Shown piece after piece: positions 42,272 to 55,800 of a stretch of 64,000 nucleotides of DNA; the first letter of the stretch is position 1; each line of letters opens with the position of its first letter. The stretch covers positions 319,502 to 383,501 of the forward strand of contig NW_002060963.1 of assembly GCF_000150275.1 (NCBI RefSeq). Direction: 5' to 3'. This stretch comes from Trichoplax adhaerens (Eukaryota > Animalia > Placozoa). The notes beneath the pieces were generated by a model, which made no database searches, had not been told where the DNA came from, and worked only from the letters and a program-made list of their open reading frames with translations. Both the position numbers and the translations under genes were made by a program.

Positions 42272-43197
42272 GCTACGTAACACAGTAAATCATTCTAACA
42301 ATTTCTGAATAAAAGATATATAGATGTGTTTTGAATATATCGATTATGACACTGGCTTAGAGGACATTTTTTTATGGAAGTTTATTTGAGCGGGAGATAT
42401 TCTAGTATCTATAATAAAATTTATTTCAGTACTGTAGCTGTAATAAATTCTTCTAACTGTATGTAAGTGTGTTAGGATCTAGTTAGTTCATCGCAATTTA
42501 GCTTGTAAAAATAATGTCTACATAAATACTGTAGTAGTTACCATCTTGGATTAAGAGTGGTCTGCCGTAAAATGTTGTTACTTATAATATTTTGATTGTG
42601 TGTGAAATGAGGTAGAATGTTGTTATGCAGATAGTAGCAGCAAATGTTACTAATAGTCCGGTATTTAAGCAGGTAGCTTAAGCTTATTCAGTCGTTCTTT
42701 CCAGAAGTATTTCTAGCAGTTATATTCGGCTAGAGTTCTGATTTTTTACAAATTTTGGAATTTCATGATCGATTATATCACACTGCATGACAAGAAATCT
42801 TACTAAAAGAAATCGTAAAACAGATGAGAAAAATTTATCGATAATCGCTTTCGAGATAGTACCTGATGAATTTTAACCAAAGTCATCTTAAAGCAACGAA
42901 ATGGACATGATTTGTACTTCCGGCGAATAATCTAATACAAATCTATTGTGCAATAAAAGTTTTTAAGTTTGTAAATTATACTATCGACATCCAAAATCAT
43001 CTCCAGTTTTGATAAAGAGATACTGCTCTAAACGTTTTATTCTATGTAGCAACTATAGCGTTGATGTAATGCAATCTTAGGATTACGGAATATCGTTATC
43101 GCACTGTATTAACATTTATTTACTATATTACATATATATGGAGTTAATAAAAATTTTTCTGTGAGAGAGTACAGCACTGAAAATTCTGGTATATACA

Positions 43198-43736
43198 TGT
43201 TACGGTGCTTTGCCGTCGTAAGGTAACTACTTGCAGTAATGAAATACGATCATTAATTATTAATTGAATTTGGATTAACTTTGGTTGTAAATGCACTATT
43301 GCACTTCGGGCAGTTGATGAATGTAGTCTTGTATTAAGTAATCTAACTGGTAATTACTTACAGCAATGAAAATTGTGCCGGGCTTCAAGGCTCTAATTGG
43401 TTCTTAATTGGTTTATTCTAATTAATGTTGCTTATAAATTTTGCCTACACTGAGTCCTGATATAGATTATAGGATGTAATTTTATTCTAAACGTAGAAAA
43501 TGGTTAGAGCTCAGTTTGTTAGAATGCACCAGTGGCCGCTCCCAGAGAGTATAAAAGGAGCGAGCACACAACAACTAGTTGTTCCGAAATTCAGTAGTCA
43601 TAAAGGCTCGTCGAGCGATATAATAAACTTTTTAACTGAATACTTTTCGAGTAATTGATTACCTGTGCGTACCTTGAGTGCACTAGGATATTAGTTACTA
43701 GAGGAGTGAACCCTTCACAAAAAGAAAATTGTGACA
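43198..43736 (+). mobile_element. Solo-LTR-like element, family C (539 bp)
   Basis: TGTTAC...GTGACA; flanks ataca/atact; TATAAAA and AATAAA inside. Only its two termini (47 bp, 38451-38497) are present in the duplicate block. Confidence 0.8.
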
Positions 43737-44107
43737 ATACTACCATCTGAAATTACTTGGAAATTGAACTTCTAACATTTTAGTATTCGCTAAGCTTAAA
43801 TTATTATACGCTTGCTACGGAGTTTTATTACTTGTATGGATCGTCAAATAACTACATCTGCTGACCCAGTCTCAGTATTTGCTCGTAGCTCAAGGTACTC
43901 TAATAAAAACTTTATTGATATATTTACGATCTAGTTTCTATATTGTTTGTATTTTCTTCACCAGATTCCAATAGAAAATCTGCACTATCAAACAGCCAAC
44001 CTAAATAGCAAGCAACAAATTCTAACTGATTTGTTAGCGTTCAAATCTTCATAAGTATCGAATCAAATTTGGGTTCTATATCGCAACTGGCTGATACATA
44101 ATCCATG

Positions 44108-44521
44108 TGTAAGACAGTGTAATATTGTATTCTAAGTTGATGATATATTTAGTAATATCTACCGTAGGTGTTGTGTTCAACATGTAATAGATATACTCGT
44201 TAGAAGCTTAAGTATTAAATATAGCTAGCTTAGTAGCTGTAATCCTTTTGAAGAGGAGCGCTACAGTGCTCACACTAGAGCTTCACATGAAAGGTGTAAA
44301 CTAACCTGTATTTGAGATGCTAATACTGAAGTGTGTAATAAGTAAGGTGCTAAGACTGTAAATGCGGAAAGGTATATAAGCGAGTAGTTTAGTATAGTAA
44401 GTTAGTTCTTTCTCGTTAGAGGTCCTCAGCTAATCGATTACGTTGTATCTTCGTAAAGGACGTTTTGTTCAATAAATCTTAATTTTCTAAAGTTTTGAAG
44501 ATTCTTGATCTATCAACCTCA
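44108..44521 (+). mobile_element. Solo-LTR-like element, family D (414 bp)
   Basis: TG...CA ends; exact CCATG TSD; TATATAA and AATAAA inside; empty site near 38865. Confidence 0.88.
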
Positions 44522-46669
44522 CCATGATTTCATGTTTACGGTAGTACTTAACTTTTTATGCTATGACTGTAGCAACCACCACTACGGTGATACACTGATT
44601 AACCAACTTCAGTATATAACAAATATTATTACTGAAATAAAGTATAAAAGGCTAAATGGAATTTGCAAAATAATTCTTAACCGCAATTGCTGCAGATTCT
44701 ATACTTGGTCTATTCCGAATATAAAAATTAAATTGCTAGATTTTAAAGTTCAGAATTAGAAAACATGCTACAACTTTAAAGTATATTTGCACATTGATAA
44801 TTAACCTGTGATGGTTATCATCAGTAGTTCTAACAATAACTATAACGATGGCTTCAGGCTTCGTTATGCCAAATCATCAATAGAATTGATGTTATTCTGT
44901 TATAAAATAGAATATTCTTATTGGATTCGATCTTCCAGTTATAAGCTATTCCGTAATTCTATTCCTTAATATTTATAGTTATGTAGTTGTATTCTTATTC
45001 CAATAATTAATTAGTTGGGAACACGAGTACTAGTGAAGATAGTGTTTAAGACCCGGTTTCTTGTTGCAAAGGAGATTAGTAACAGTATGCAATGTTGTTA
45101 TCTCGTTCTTGAATCGTGTGTGTTGGTAGATTTCCAACTCGTAAGCATCATTGATCCCTTTAATGCCTCTGTTATACTTTTAATGTCTTCCGATATGCAC
45201 GCGTAATAATAGTTCCAATACCGCTATATCTGAATCGCAACAGCCACTAATCTCCAATTCTATTATCCATTCTAAATATATCACTTTAGTCTTTACCCTA
45301 CCTCGATTAGTATTAAATATAAGTTTACTAAACCACAATAAAGTTTGGCCTACGAACTTAAGATAAAAACTTTTGCTTTTATTGCAATATTTAAAAAGGT
45401 CCGTGTAAGCTAATCTATCATAAATTTAGTTTAACTCTATAATGAGCATTATGCAAAATGGCCGATTTCGCATCCGGATTCGTTTATATCTACCACGTTA
45501 AAGGTTCTCAGATAGAACTTTATTATTACTGGAATAATTTAGCCATATCTCACTCATCGATCACTGACAATCTAGTTTTCTATTCACGTCTAATGTTACA
45601 CATGATCAACAGATTAGAACTAATTATCTAATCCTACGATGACAACACTGCAAATAGCCTTCAATAAGCCTTCTCTTAATTCTACTCTGTTTCTCTAAAT
45701 TACTTGTTATGCTTTAAGATCTCCAAGTTATTGAATATCAAGTATTGACTATAAACTTATAAATTCATAACAATACTAACAACAGTGAAATTAACCGTCC
45801 AAATATTATAATTAATTACGAAAAATCGCAGCATCCAGATTACCATACAAATGATGCTACTACCACCACAACAGCACGGTACACTTAGTGTATAATTATA
45901 GCCTATATAGTCTTAATAAGCATATTACTATGCCAACCATAGTGCGATTAAGTCCATCGATAAGCATTTTTAGGCCAAATCAATTGAATTTTAAATGATG
46001 TAGAATTGGATTTTAGTCACGTTAATGTAGTAGAAAGATTCCTTAAAACGTACTGAAATTAAAAACGTCTAAAGCTTCTATATTGAAATATTTTAATGCT
46101 AATTAAGGGCTGTAGACTGCGAATCGAAATTTTAAAAACAAATCATACGCTTGAGTAGAAAAAAAGATGGCGTCCGCTGAAGAAAGTTCATTGCTTGAAT
46201 TGAGAGGATTATGTTACTTCTACAAGAACTTGCAACCGTTTCAAAATTTGCTCCGTAACCAGCCAAATAACTTCATGTATCCTATAAACCGGATAAGAAA
46301 GCTCATAAATAAGGAAGTACCTAGTATGGATATCGAATAAAATCTACTCTATTTTCAGGTTTAAACAGCATTTAGACTAGGATTTTAGATGTTGCAATTT
46401 TTTATTGCACTTTCTATGGCCATGATAGGTTGTATAGTATAGTACTGTAGAACGTCTTCGAGAGCATACGGTAATGTGGTAGTAAGTTGTAGCAAGGACA
46501 TCGAAAGTTGGGCATTTGTATGATACTGTATAGGCTACTGTGGGATGTTTGAACACTGTCTGAAACGACTGTCGTCGGCTCTCAGCTTGTGCCGTTGGAG
46601 ACAAACCCACTATTTTAAAGCTGCAGCTGCCAGCAAAGACGCTGCTTGGACTACATAAACCACTGCAAC

Positions 46670-47628
46670 ATGGCGAAAAGATCCATTTATTTCTGTGGTA
46701 GTATCCGAGGTGGTCGAAATGATGCCCAATTCTATGCCAAAATTATTCAGCATTTAAAGCAATATGGTGATATACTGACAGAACATGTTGGCCATTGCGG
46801 ACCTGAAGGTAGATCAAAACAACTGATCCAGTTGTGTGATAGTGATGCATAAATCACATCAAATAAACTACTTTCATTGGCAAGATGAAGCATGCTTTCA
46901 GTTATCAAATCAATAATTTCAAGGAAATCACTGTTAAAATATCTTAATGTGCAAATGAAAGGTGATGCGTATGTACTAGTATCAATTAGATGTTCTTGAT
47001 TGCTATAATAGGAGAGGAAGGCCTTGATGATAAAACTATCCATGATCGCGATCTAGCTTGGCTGCTACAATCGGATGGTAGGATATTCCATAGAATGACA
47101 TAAGATTTCATAATGTTCATAGCATCAATCAATATAAAATATCTGATGCATCGGATTATATCAAGACTAATTTGAATAAATGCTGTAAAATGCATTTCTC
47201 TTAGCGTACTAAAACGATGCATATTTTACAGTGATTGTTGCAGAAGTAACGCAACCATCGTTAGGTGTCGGCTACGAACTTGGCAGAGCAATCGCTGCTG
47301 ATAAACTAGTTTTATGCCTATTTCGACCAGATTCAGGACGTCGTAAGTAGCCACTATTATTAAACTACCTACCTGTTTACAACAGATTCTATGTCCTGGA
47401 ACGTTTTATCTTGAAAATGTACCCTTTATATGTAACTTGATGTTGCATACTATTTGTTTCAAGTACTGATCAAGAAAATATCGTCTGCATTGATATACGC
47501 ATGTAGGTCTATCCGGAATGATTCGTGGAGCAATTAACAGTGTAAACTTTTTCGTCGAGGATTATCATCAAGATGAATATGCCAGTAAAATCGACCAGTT
47601 TTTCACCGTTCGTGTGACTCGGCCATAA
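46670..47628 (+). CDS. DNPH1: 2'-deoxynucleoside 5'-phosphate N-hydrolase 1 (RCL family), 4 exons
   Basis: Exons 46670-46808 MAKRSIYFCGSIRGGRNDAQFY...ILTEHVG, 47012-47077 ..IHDRDLAWLLQSD, 47232-47342 VIVAEVTQPSLGVGYELGRA...LCLFRPDSGR, 47507-47628 RLSGMIRGA...*. These are hallmark DNPH1 motifs (YFCGSIRGG, AEVTQPSLGVGYELG, LSxMIRG). Confidence 0.96.
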
Positions 47629-49866
47629 TTCTGTACTGGCCATCATGACGATATCTGCAACACTATTGGAAGAATAGAATTTATCTTTGGTTATTCATTG
47701 CAATCTAGTAAAAGGAGTACGCGAAATTGCAAAGATATCTGTTGCAAACTCTCCATTTTTTTTATCCTTTACCGTCTAACATTATAAACTTTTCAACCTA
47801 TTTAGGATATAGAGACCCTTAACCAAGAACTTATTTAAATTCTAGATATATCCAGCAACGGTGTATCAACAACATTAAAATATTTAATTCTATGAATAAG
47901 TCTCAATACTTTCCCCAGTGAACTCTATCCTAAATTTGCAAACATTAGAGTTGGATTTAGCATTCTTTAACACTGTCGTAATTTGTTCTAATTTATTAGT
48001 CACGTTAGGAAGCAAGACTTAGTGTAAATATTTCTTGTCTTCTTTATCCTGCATAATCTCTCAAACTAATAATCCCTCCAAGATTTCTATTTCGAAAAAC
48101 TATTTGATCCTCTGCTTACTTCTTATTCTTTCCGAGTGAATTTAAAATAATTTGCGCTTAAATTGAAGGACTGGAATAGACCCACGATTTGTAGTGTCTC
48201 TAGTAAACCTAAAAATATTACACGCAATGATATTAGTACATTCTTCATGAATCATTCGATGATAGGATATCGACTATGTTGCTATACAATACATGCGTAC
48301 CCCTTACAACGACGTATTTTACGGTATATTTTCCTGCGATCATTCTCTTCTGCTAGATTGAATTCATGATCATATTGCTTAGCTTAAATGAAATGACTAT
48401 TTTACCTTTTTAATCACTGCTATCGTTGTTTAAGTAGGTATGCCTGTAATTCGATGTTAATACCGATTAAAATCCTTATATAGAGTGTTGAGGATTACCT
48501 AGTTGTAATGGATTATCAAAATGTATTTAAACGAAGTGAATGAGTATCATTGTGTTATGTGTCCACCAGTTGCTTATTAATAAACTTAAAATAGGCGATT
48601 GTACTTAATACGAGCATCTTCAAAGAAAGATTCTACATTAGTGTATACTGTATATCCTTGGCTGCTAATTGATATTATAACACGGTTGGCATCAATCATC
48701 ACTCTCTACTGCAGCTGTTGTTTGCATGTTGATATGATGTTTGATAATTTATTAACTTTATCCCTTAGACTAATTTGCTAAAGTTGCACACGATACTTTA
48801 TTTTAGCTCGGCATGCCTTGGGGGTTAGCAGTCGTATATGTGAATTTTCATCAGCTACAGTACATGAAGGACGATAGTAGCATATTAAAAGTGATAGAAA
48901 TTGTAGTCAAGTAACAGTATATCTGCATAATTGCTTCGTTAAAAATTTATACCTCAAGAATACATACGCTGCAAAAAATCTATCCAAATATTTACTGAAT
49001 TCTGCTTTCGACTTACATAAAATACTTAATATTCCGATAAACAATTTAATGAATTAAAATTTTTTTACACCATGAATACCCGGGGTATGCAAACTTTTAA
49101 ATTATAAATTAGTTAACGACTAGTACCAATTATAAGCAATATTTTCATACAACATTATTCAGAGAAGAAATCCGAATTACATATTTGTGTAAATAATTTT
49201 GATCAATAGATAATTAAGACTATGCCAGTAATGCCTTCAAGATATTTGATAACTTGAAGATTTTGGTATTCATTTCCAGAGTCAAGAAGGCCAGCAAATA
49301 TGGTTTAATGCCCCGTAGTTTATTAATTGAGATTATACAGCGTATACCAAGACAGTAAGATTTATACAGTTGTTTACAAATTAAATTTGCAAAAGTGCAG
49401 TAAAACTACGAAATTGCGCTACTGCTAATGCCCGCAGCACTCTATAATTATAATTACTAATGATAGAGAAAACTACAACAGCTTGGGTAAATTCTCTTCA
49501 CTTGTGCATATTCAATAAATACTCGTAACTAGCGAGATATTTAGATCGCTCGTGTTTGAAATACTTTCAAATCAATTGATATCATTTACTATCGTAGTGT
49601 AGCTTATTATACGTATTATCTTAAATTTTTATAGCCCTGCGCTAATCAGTGTATCACTTAAACGCTACTTTACACATATTAAAACCAGCTGATATCCTCC
49701 AAAAGGAAAGACTAATGCATTTTATGTTGGCCAGTGATAAGATACAGTAAAACGCCGTGTAAGTTTTATAACTTAAATGAAGTGAAATATAGTAGAAACA
49801 ATTAAAATTGCGTAGCAAGAATACTATAACAAATCATTAATGATCGGATCAGTGCTATGGTTTGCC

Positions 49867-52800
49867 TTATTCGACTCGATCAATAATAGCATACCGATCT
49901 CTATTCATGTTGCTCACGATGAACGAAGACTGTTGACAATTCCATTTCATGTACCACATATCAAGATGAGAAAGTGGTAGAACACGGCATAATTGTAGTG
50001 TTTGTGCTTCATAAATATGAATATGTAAAGAATTATCTTCTAAGACTATTAAAAACTTGTCAGACCACAAATTTTCGCAGTTGAAGATAGATGTATCAAA
50101 GTCAAATTTTACAATATTATTTTTATAACGTTTCATTTTAACTCTTCCCCAGCCATTTAATATCTAAGATTATGAAATGAAAAAAGTGAGTACAATACTA
50201 AAGATTTTAATACAGTCTCATTGACTTACTGCTAAATGTTCTCCCTTTTCGAGCAAGCAGATATATTGGTATTTCCAAAGGCTTCCTGCGTGCGTCATCT
50301 ATAAGACATTAAATTTAATTCAATTTTTCAAACATCCATTACTAAAGCACCATTGCATGACCCTAATCTGTTACTATCCAGTTATAACTATCGATATTGC
50401 TATACTCTATGCCATAGTTAAAATTATGACTAACAAGTAAATTGCCATCTTTCTCTCCCCATTCTTCAAGTAGCTTTCCTGTGTCCAAATTTAACGACGA
50501 GTATTTAATGTCCAACTTATAATGGCTTAAATTAGTAGGTAGAGTTAACTTATAAATTAATCCATGCTGACTATCGAATGAACATCTTTCCAGCAGCTGT
50601 ATCTGACTTTTACCATCACCAAACTTGTAGCACTACAGCAAAAATTGAAATTATAAATAAAATTCTTAAGTATTTATAAATCTTACAATCATAATAATCT
50701 CAATAAATTAGGGTATAAATAAACTACATTACATATATTTATGCAATTGAATGTTTATTTCGAAAGCATTTCAAAAATGTGTCTTATTAGTCACTGCAAA
50801 GGATGGTACAGTAAGTTTATGGAGTAAACTGATTCTATTAGTAATTTTACATTACTTTGATACTGTGTTCGTGATCGAGTTCATCTTTCATTCTTTCCTT
50901 CCTCTAATTGATGAGAAAATAATGGCTTATTGTAAAGTATTCATCAAGGAAGAAATGCTATCATTGGCAACTACCTCTGTCTGGCAAGTTACGAGGTAAT
51001 CATCATCGTAATACAAAAGGTCCATACTTCGATAACGACTTTCTTCTTGGTAAATCATTTTCTCTTCCGTCTCCAGATTTATCGTAATTATTATCATTCC
51101 CAGTCCACCGCCATCACCCTAAATTGAATTAAACTACTAAGTTAACAAATATGAATCTATCTACAGACTTTTTAACATGGAAACTGTAAGTTAAGTTGCA
51201 ATACTTATATAGAATGAAGTAAACAAGGCAACGATATCTTTATAACAGGAAATTAATTCAGTCATACCTTAGTGCTCACGACGAATATTAAAGTGTTATC
51301 TCTTCCCCTATATCTCGTTTTTAAATCGAAAATCCGACCTCTTAATGATATATTATGGTCTAGTAATTTCTTAATTTCTGTACGATCCTTTTCACTGCAA
51401 AAGTCGATGATCTACAGCCAAATCATAAGATATTTTGAAATAGCATTCATTGCACGATTTAATCAATATCAATTGTTATTGATTCTTCCCTGAAATTGGT
51501 CTATTTTAATAAACAATAATTTAGGCATTTCTACACTGTATTAACTAATATAATTACCTCTGCAATGACCATGTTTAAGCCTAAATTTTGACGATAGAAA
51601 CGAACAACGACGGCTGATCGGAAATCATTATATAAGAAACATCGATAATAACCGTTCTCTAATGAGTGATAGAACTTTCGTACGCATAATTTTGCTTCAT
51701 ATTCGCGAATCTGCTCGAGTTTTAGTCAAGTTATCGTACATTTAATGTTTGAAAGAATAAGATTTGATATATTCTAAAAGATGACACTTTACCTCCAGTT
51801 TGCAAGTAGTGTCATTCTCTATCAGCTGAGCCACGAAAGGAACACCATTAATATAGGCATAATTTACATCCAGTATTTGTGTCTCAACGCGTTGACTTTC
51901 TTCTTGTGTAAGGTAGTCTTGGATTGCTTTATTATTTTGAAAATTTTGCCAACGCAAATTATCGTCTACAGTTTGATTGAGAATGTACGGTGAGAATAAT
52001 AAACTGGAATAGCAGTCGCTAATTTAGCTCAAATAAAGACAAGCTACCTTGCAGATTATATTCATACAAGCAATTTTCGCTAGATGACTCATAAACAAAT
52101 AATACAGCGGTATCAGGCATGAATGTCAAACTTTTTGCATGCGCCATATTGATCTTCATATACGATCGAATTTGATTATTTCTAATGGTCATTAAGTAGA
52201 TCTATAAATATTGATATTACGAGTCGAGTAAATCAGTATATGATTATGTTGATAAATTTAAAACGTATTAGGAAAGACGTCGTGGTTATAAAAATTTACA
52301 TTTAACTTACATTTTCGTCCGAGGATTTGACACAATTAATGGCTACAAACTGCTGGTCATCTGATATGGTAATATTTGCAACACTAGATGAATGTGACAG
52401 ATCGAGTGTAAGTCGAAAGTTCTTCGCAAATCCTTTTCGGCAGATTTCAGGATCATGATCTTTTCTTTCCAAATTGACCAAACCAACAATATTCTTATAG
52501 GCTAAAATCATAAGAGCAGCATCATTGCTAATGGAATTTACACAAACTAGGGGTTGGCCGCCTTCGATATTAGTGGTAGCAGTATATTGATTACAAGTTC
52601 TACCAATATAAGCAGGCACAGTTACTGATCGTAGAAGGTGCCACGCTTTCAGACTCCAGACCTTCATAAAGTATTATCAAATAATATTAGGCTATTAACT
52701 TATGGCCTTGCATTTCTGTTTGAGAAAAAACTGAACATACTTCTATGTTACATTCATTAATCCAATTATTCACATCCAAAGGTTTATAATTGTCGCGATG

Positions 52801-55800
52801 CTTGTCAAAATTATACCTTCTCCACCATAATAAAATTTGGCTACCACATTTTATCCATAGACATGATTCAATCTTGTAATTGTATGATACTAGTTTGTTT
52901 TCAGATTTTATTTCTCTGTCATCAGTAATTCTCCAAAGCTATATCCAGAATATATCAGTATACTATTTAAGCGCAAAAAATTTGAATGAAAATGATTCAA
53001 TTACTCTACTTAAATTCAATGCACAATTAATACTTTACCTTAACTAGGCAGCGATTACTGGATACGGTTATCATAACAGAATTATTCTTCATGTTAGGAC
53101 AAAATTGTATAGAAGAGAAATCCAAATTTTGTGCTCTTCATCATTTTCTATAAATGGCAATTGCTTATTGCTGTTTATGTTGTAAACTTTCCATTTATGT
53201 GCAGACATCCCAATCTTAAAAGGTAAATAAACGAATTTTGTCAATTTTAAAATGAGGTATCTTTAACGTGTTTATAGTATCGTTCAAATATAAGAGAATA
53301 AAGTATTCCAAATATTTAAAAGTAACAATTTGAAATGTAAATGAATTAATTTTTAGCTTTGCTCTAAACAAATAGAGACATAAGATCGCTATATCAGTAA
53401 TTTTTTTCAGAAGCACTGCATCTATGACCAAGATCAGTTGCTGAAATTACAACAAACAATTTTGTTGCTTGAAGGTGCAGTTACTCTGATCTCTATTGAA
53501 AATACTCTGCTAAATTTATCGTTAAAATCATCAAAAATTCATTCTAACCTTGTCATCGCGATACCGAAAGGCTATAATGCAACCATCAGCTGAGATTTCA
53601 ACGCTTGAAATATAGCGATAAGATGGAGACATTTGATATACAATATGTGATGTTTGATGATCTTTAACCTGTTATTGAAAAGCTATAGCTCATACATATT
53701 TCTAGCTAAAAGTTTACGAGTACTGATTTTGCAACGCCGTTTCATTACATTTGATTTAATTTAGCGAACATACTATAATTTGACAGTCTGTAGTTCCATT
53801 ATTTTCGGTTCCAACGATTCGCCAATTTCCAGAATTAGGATTAGATATGGATATAGAATCGTCTCGAAAATTCTTACCAAATCTTTTTGATGCATTGTAT
53901 GTATATTCGGTCACTGTATTACCAGAGATTCTATGGCCAATTGTGTAGCAGGTTATTAAAATTAAAAAAAGGAACTGCGAGACAAATATAAAAATCGCTT
54001 CTATCTTTTATAGTAAACTCACAAGAACATAATCCAGTAGACAGAGTCATCAGTTTGTGTATTTATACGAGCTAATTGCACCGCTCGCTCTCTCATCATG
54101 CTATCTCTCTCTCCATACCAGAGTAAAGTTTGTATTACATCCATATCATATTTGTCTATTGAAAATTCGTGTTGTTTTAATAAATCCAGTAGTTGATTGA
54201 ATTCGTGCCAGTCCTTATTTTATCACAGAATAACAAAAATATAGATATATTTAATAATAACTTAATCTAAAATTAATAACTACTGTAAATAGCTAACCTA
54301 ATGGGCAATAATTGAACCTTTAATATTCAAGGGTATGTATTCAATCAAAAAATACCTTATTTCCCTTTCGTAAATAGTCGATATAATTATTAACATCTTG
54401 GCTTAGGTTATATATCGTATCATCCGTTCTGATTTTTATCATCATCCAGTTAAAATCAGTCATAACTTGATGTAGAATATCATCAGCTTCAGCCTGTATG
54501 ACATGATAAATCAAATATTGATAGAAATAGCCATCATCCTTATAACTTGACCAGTTTCCTCCACATCCGGCAAAGTAACCATCAATTAATTCTTTATTTA
54601 AAGATTTATGATATTCTTGACGTGATAAATTAGAAATGGTTGATTGCTGAAGATACTGAATCATTAGATCATGCAAGACAACGTAACGTCTATATGAGGA
54701 TAAACCGAAAAAAAATACGGAAAGACTTGTTATTTGAATTTAATATTCACTTGTTAAACTGTTCATCTAACCAAATTAGCTGAAACAATATAACCTTATA
54801 CTATACATTTCATGCAAAGCCTTAGCACACACTGCATCATTTTTAACACTTTATACATTTACAGTATCAAAACAAATTTGTAAGAAGTAGATTACTATTA
54901 TAACAAATACTATTAGCATAGTCAACTGTTAATAGCACTATTTCAAATTCGTTACATTTCTCTTTTATTGCCTTACCTCTTTCCTCCTGAATATTTTAGT
55001 AACGATCTACGATTCAACATCTTTAGCAGCTCGATTCCTTTCGTTATCTCAATTTTCCACAAACAAATAACAGATGCAAGTGGAATTTCTACGGCTCTAA
55101 ATACTCCAAGTAGCCGAAATAAACTCTTTTCACTATCATTTAATTTGCTCACACTTAAATCCAATGTGTTAAATACATTTAGCTCGTAGTCCGGTAAATC
55201 GTTCATTAAGTCTTTGCTGCAAATTCTTTTCCTTATTTCTTCCCATTCTTCATCACTTTGTAGATCTAAGCCGGCAATGATACTTATAGCTAAAGGTAGA
55301 GCAGCACAGCTTTTAATGACATTTTTAACTGTATCACTATTTAAAAATGTCTGATGGCAATCGTATTCGCGTCGTTTTGCTATTAATGCCATAGCTTCAT
55401 CGTCCGTAAATTGTTCCTACAATAGTCAACAACTAATATTATAGCAATCTCTCAACATCAGTAATAATAAAACTGATATAGTAGTAAACATATAATAGTA
55501 AGCATTCAAAGTCAAAACAGCGCGGTAAATGAGCTAGCGTATAAGCGATGTATAATATGTATTATATTTACTATCGATATACCAAATAATTGAGATATAA
55601 TGTCAGTTTTCTGAGTTTTACAGTTGTTCTGAGATTTTTAAACCTATATCAACTGCATGTTCTGGACAAGCTACAGCAATGCATACACTTACGCTTTGCA
55701 TTATATTAAGCATTTAAGTAAAAATACAGGTGATATATATCATAGAAAATTCGTGTCTATGCCTATTCCATGCTTCAGAAAATTTAAATTCTTTTCTGCG

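Larger units (their letters stand above)
40905..45012 (+). repeat. Duplicate of about 36018-39352 (intergenic)
   Basis: Colinear near-identity apart from LTR differences and an indel of about 150 bp; begins right after the N gap at 40851-40900. Confidence 0.95.

Noticed and set aside
45013-45260. GC-richer stretch with ISGCCDSD on the minus strand, faintly like copia RNase H
   Set aside because: Too short, interrupted by a stop, and no other pol motifs nearby.
46747-47222. Minus-strand ORFs overlapping DNPH1, and likewise plus-strand ORFs within 50751-56219
   Set aside because: Antisense shadows of spliced genes.
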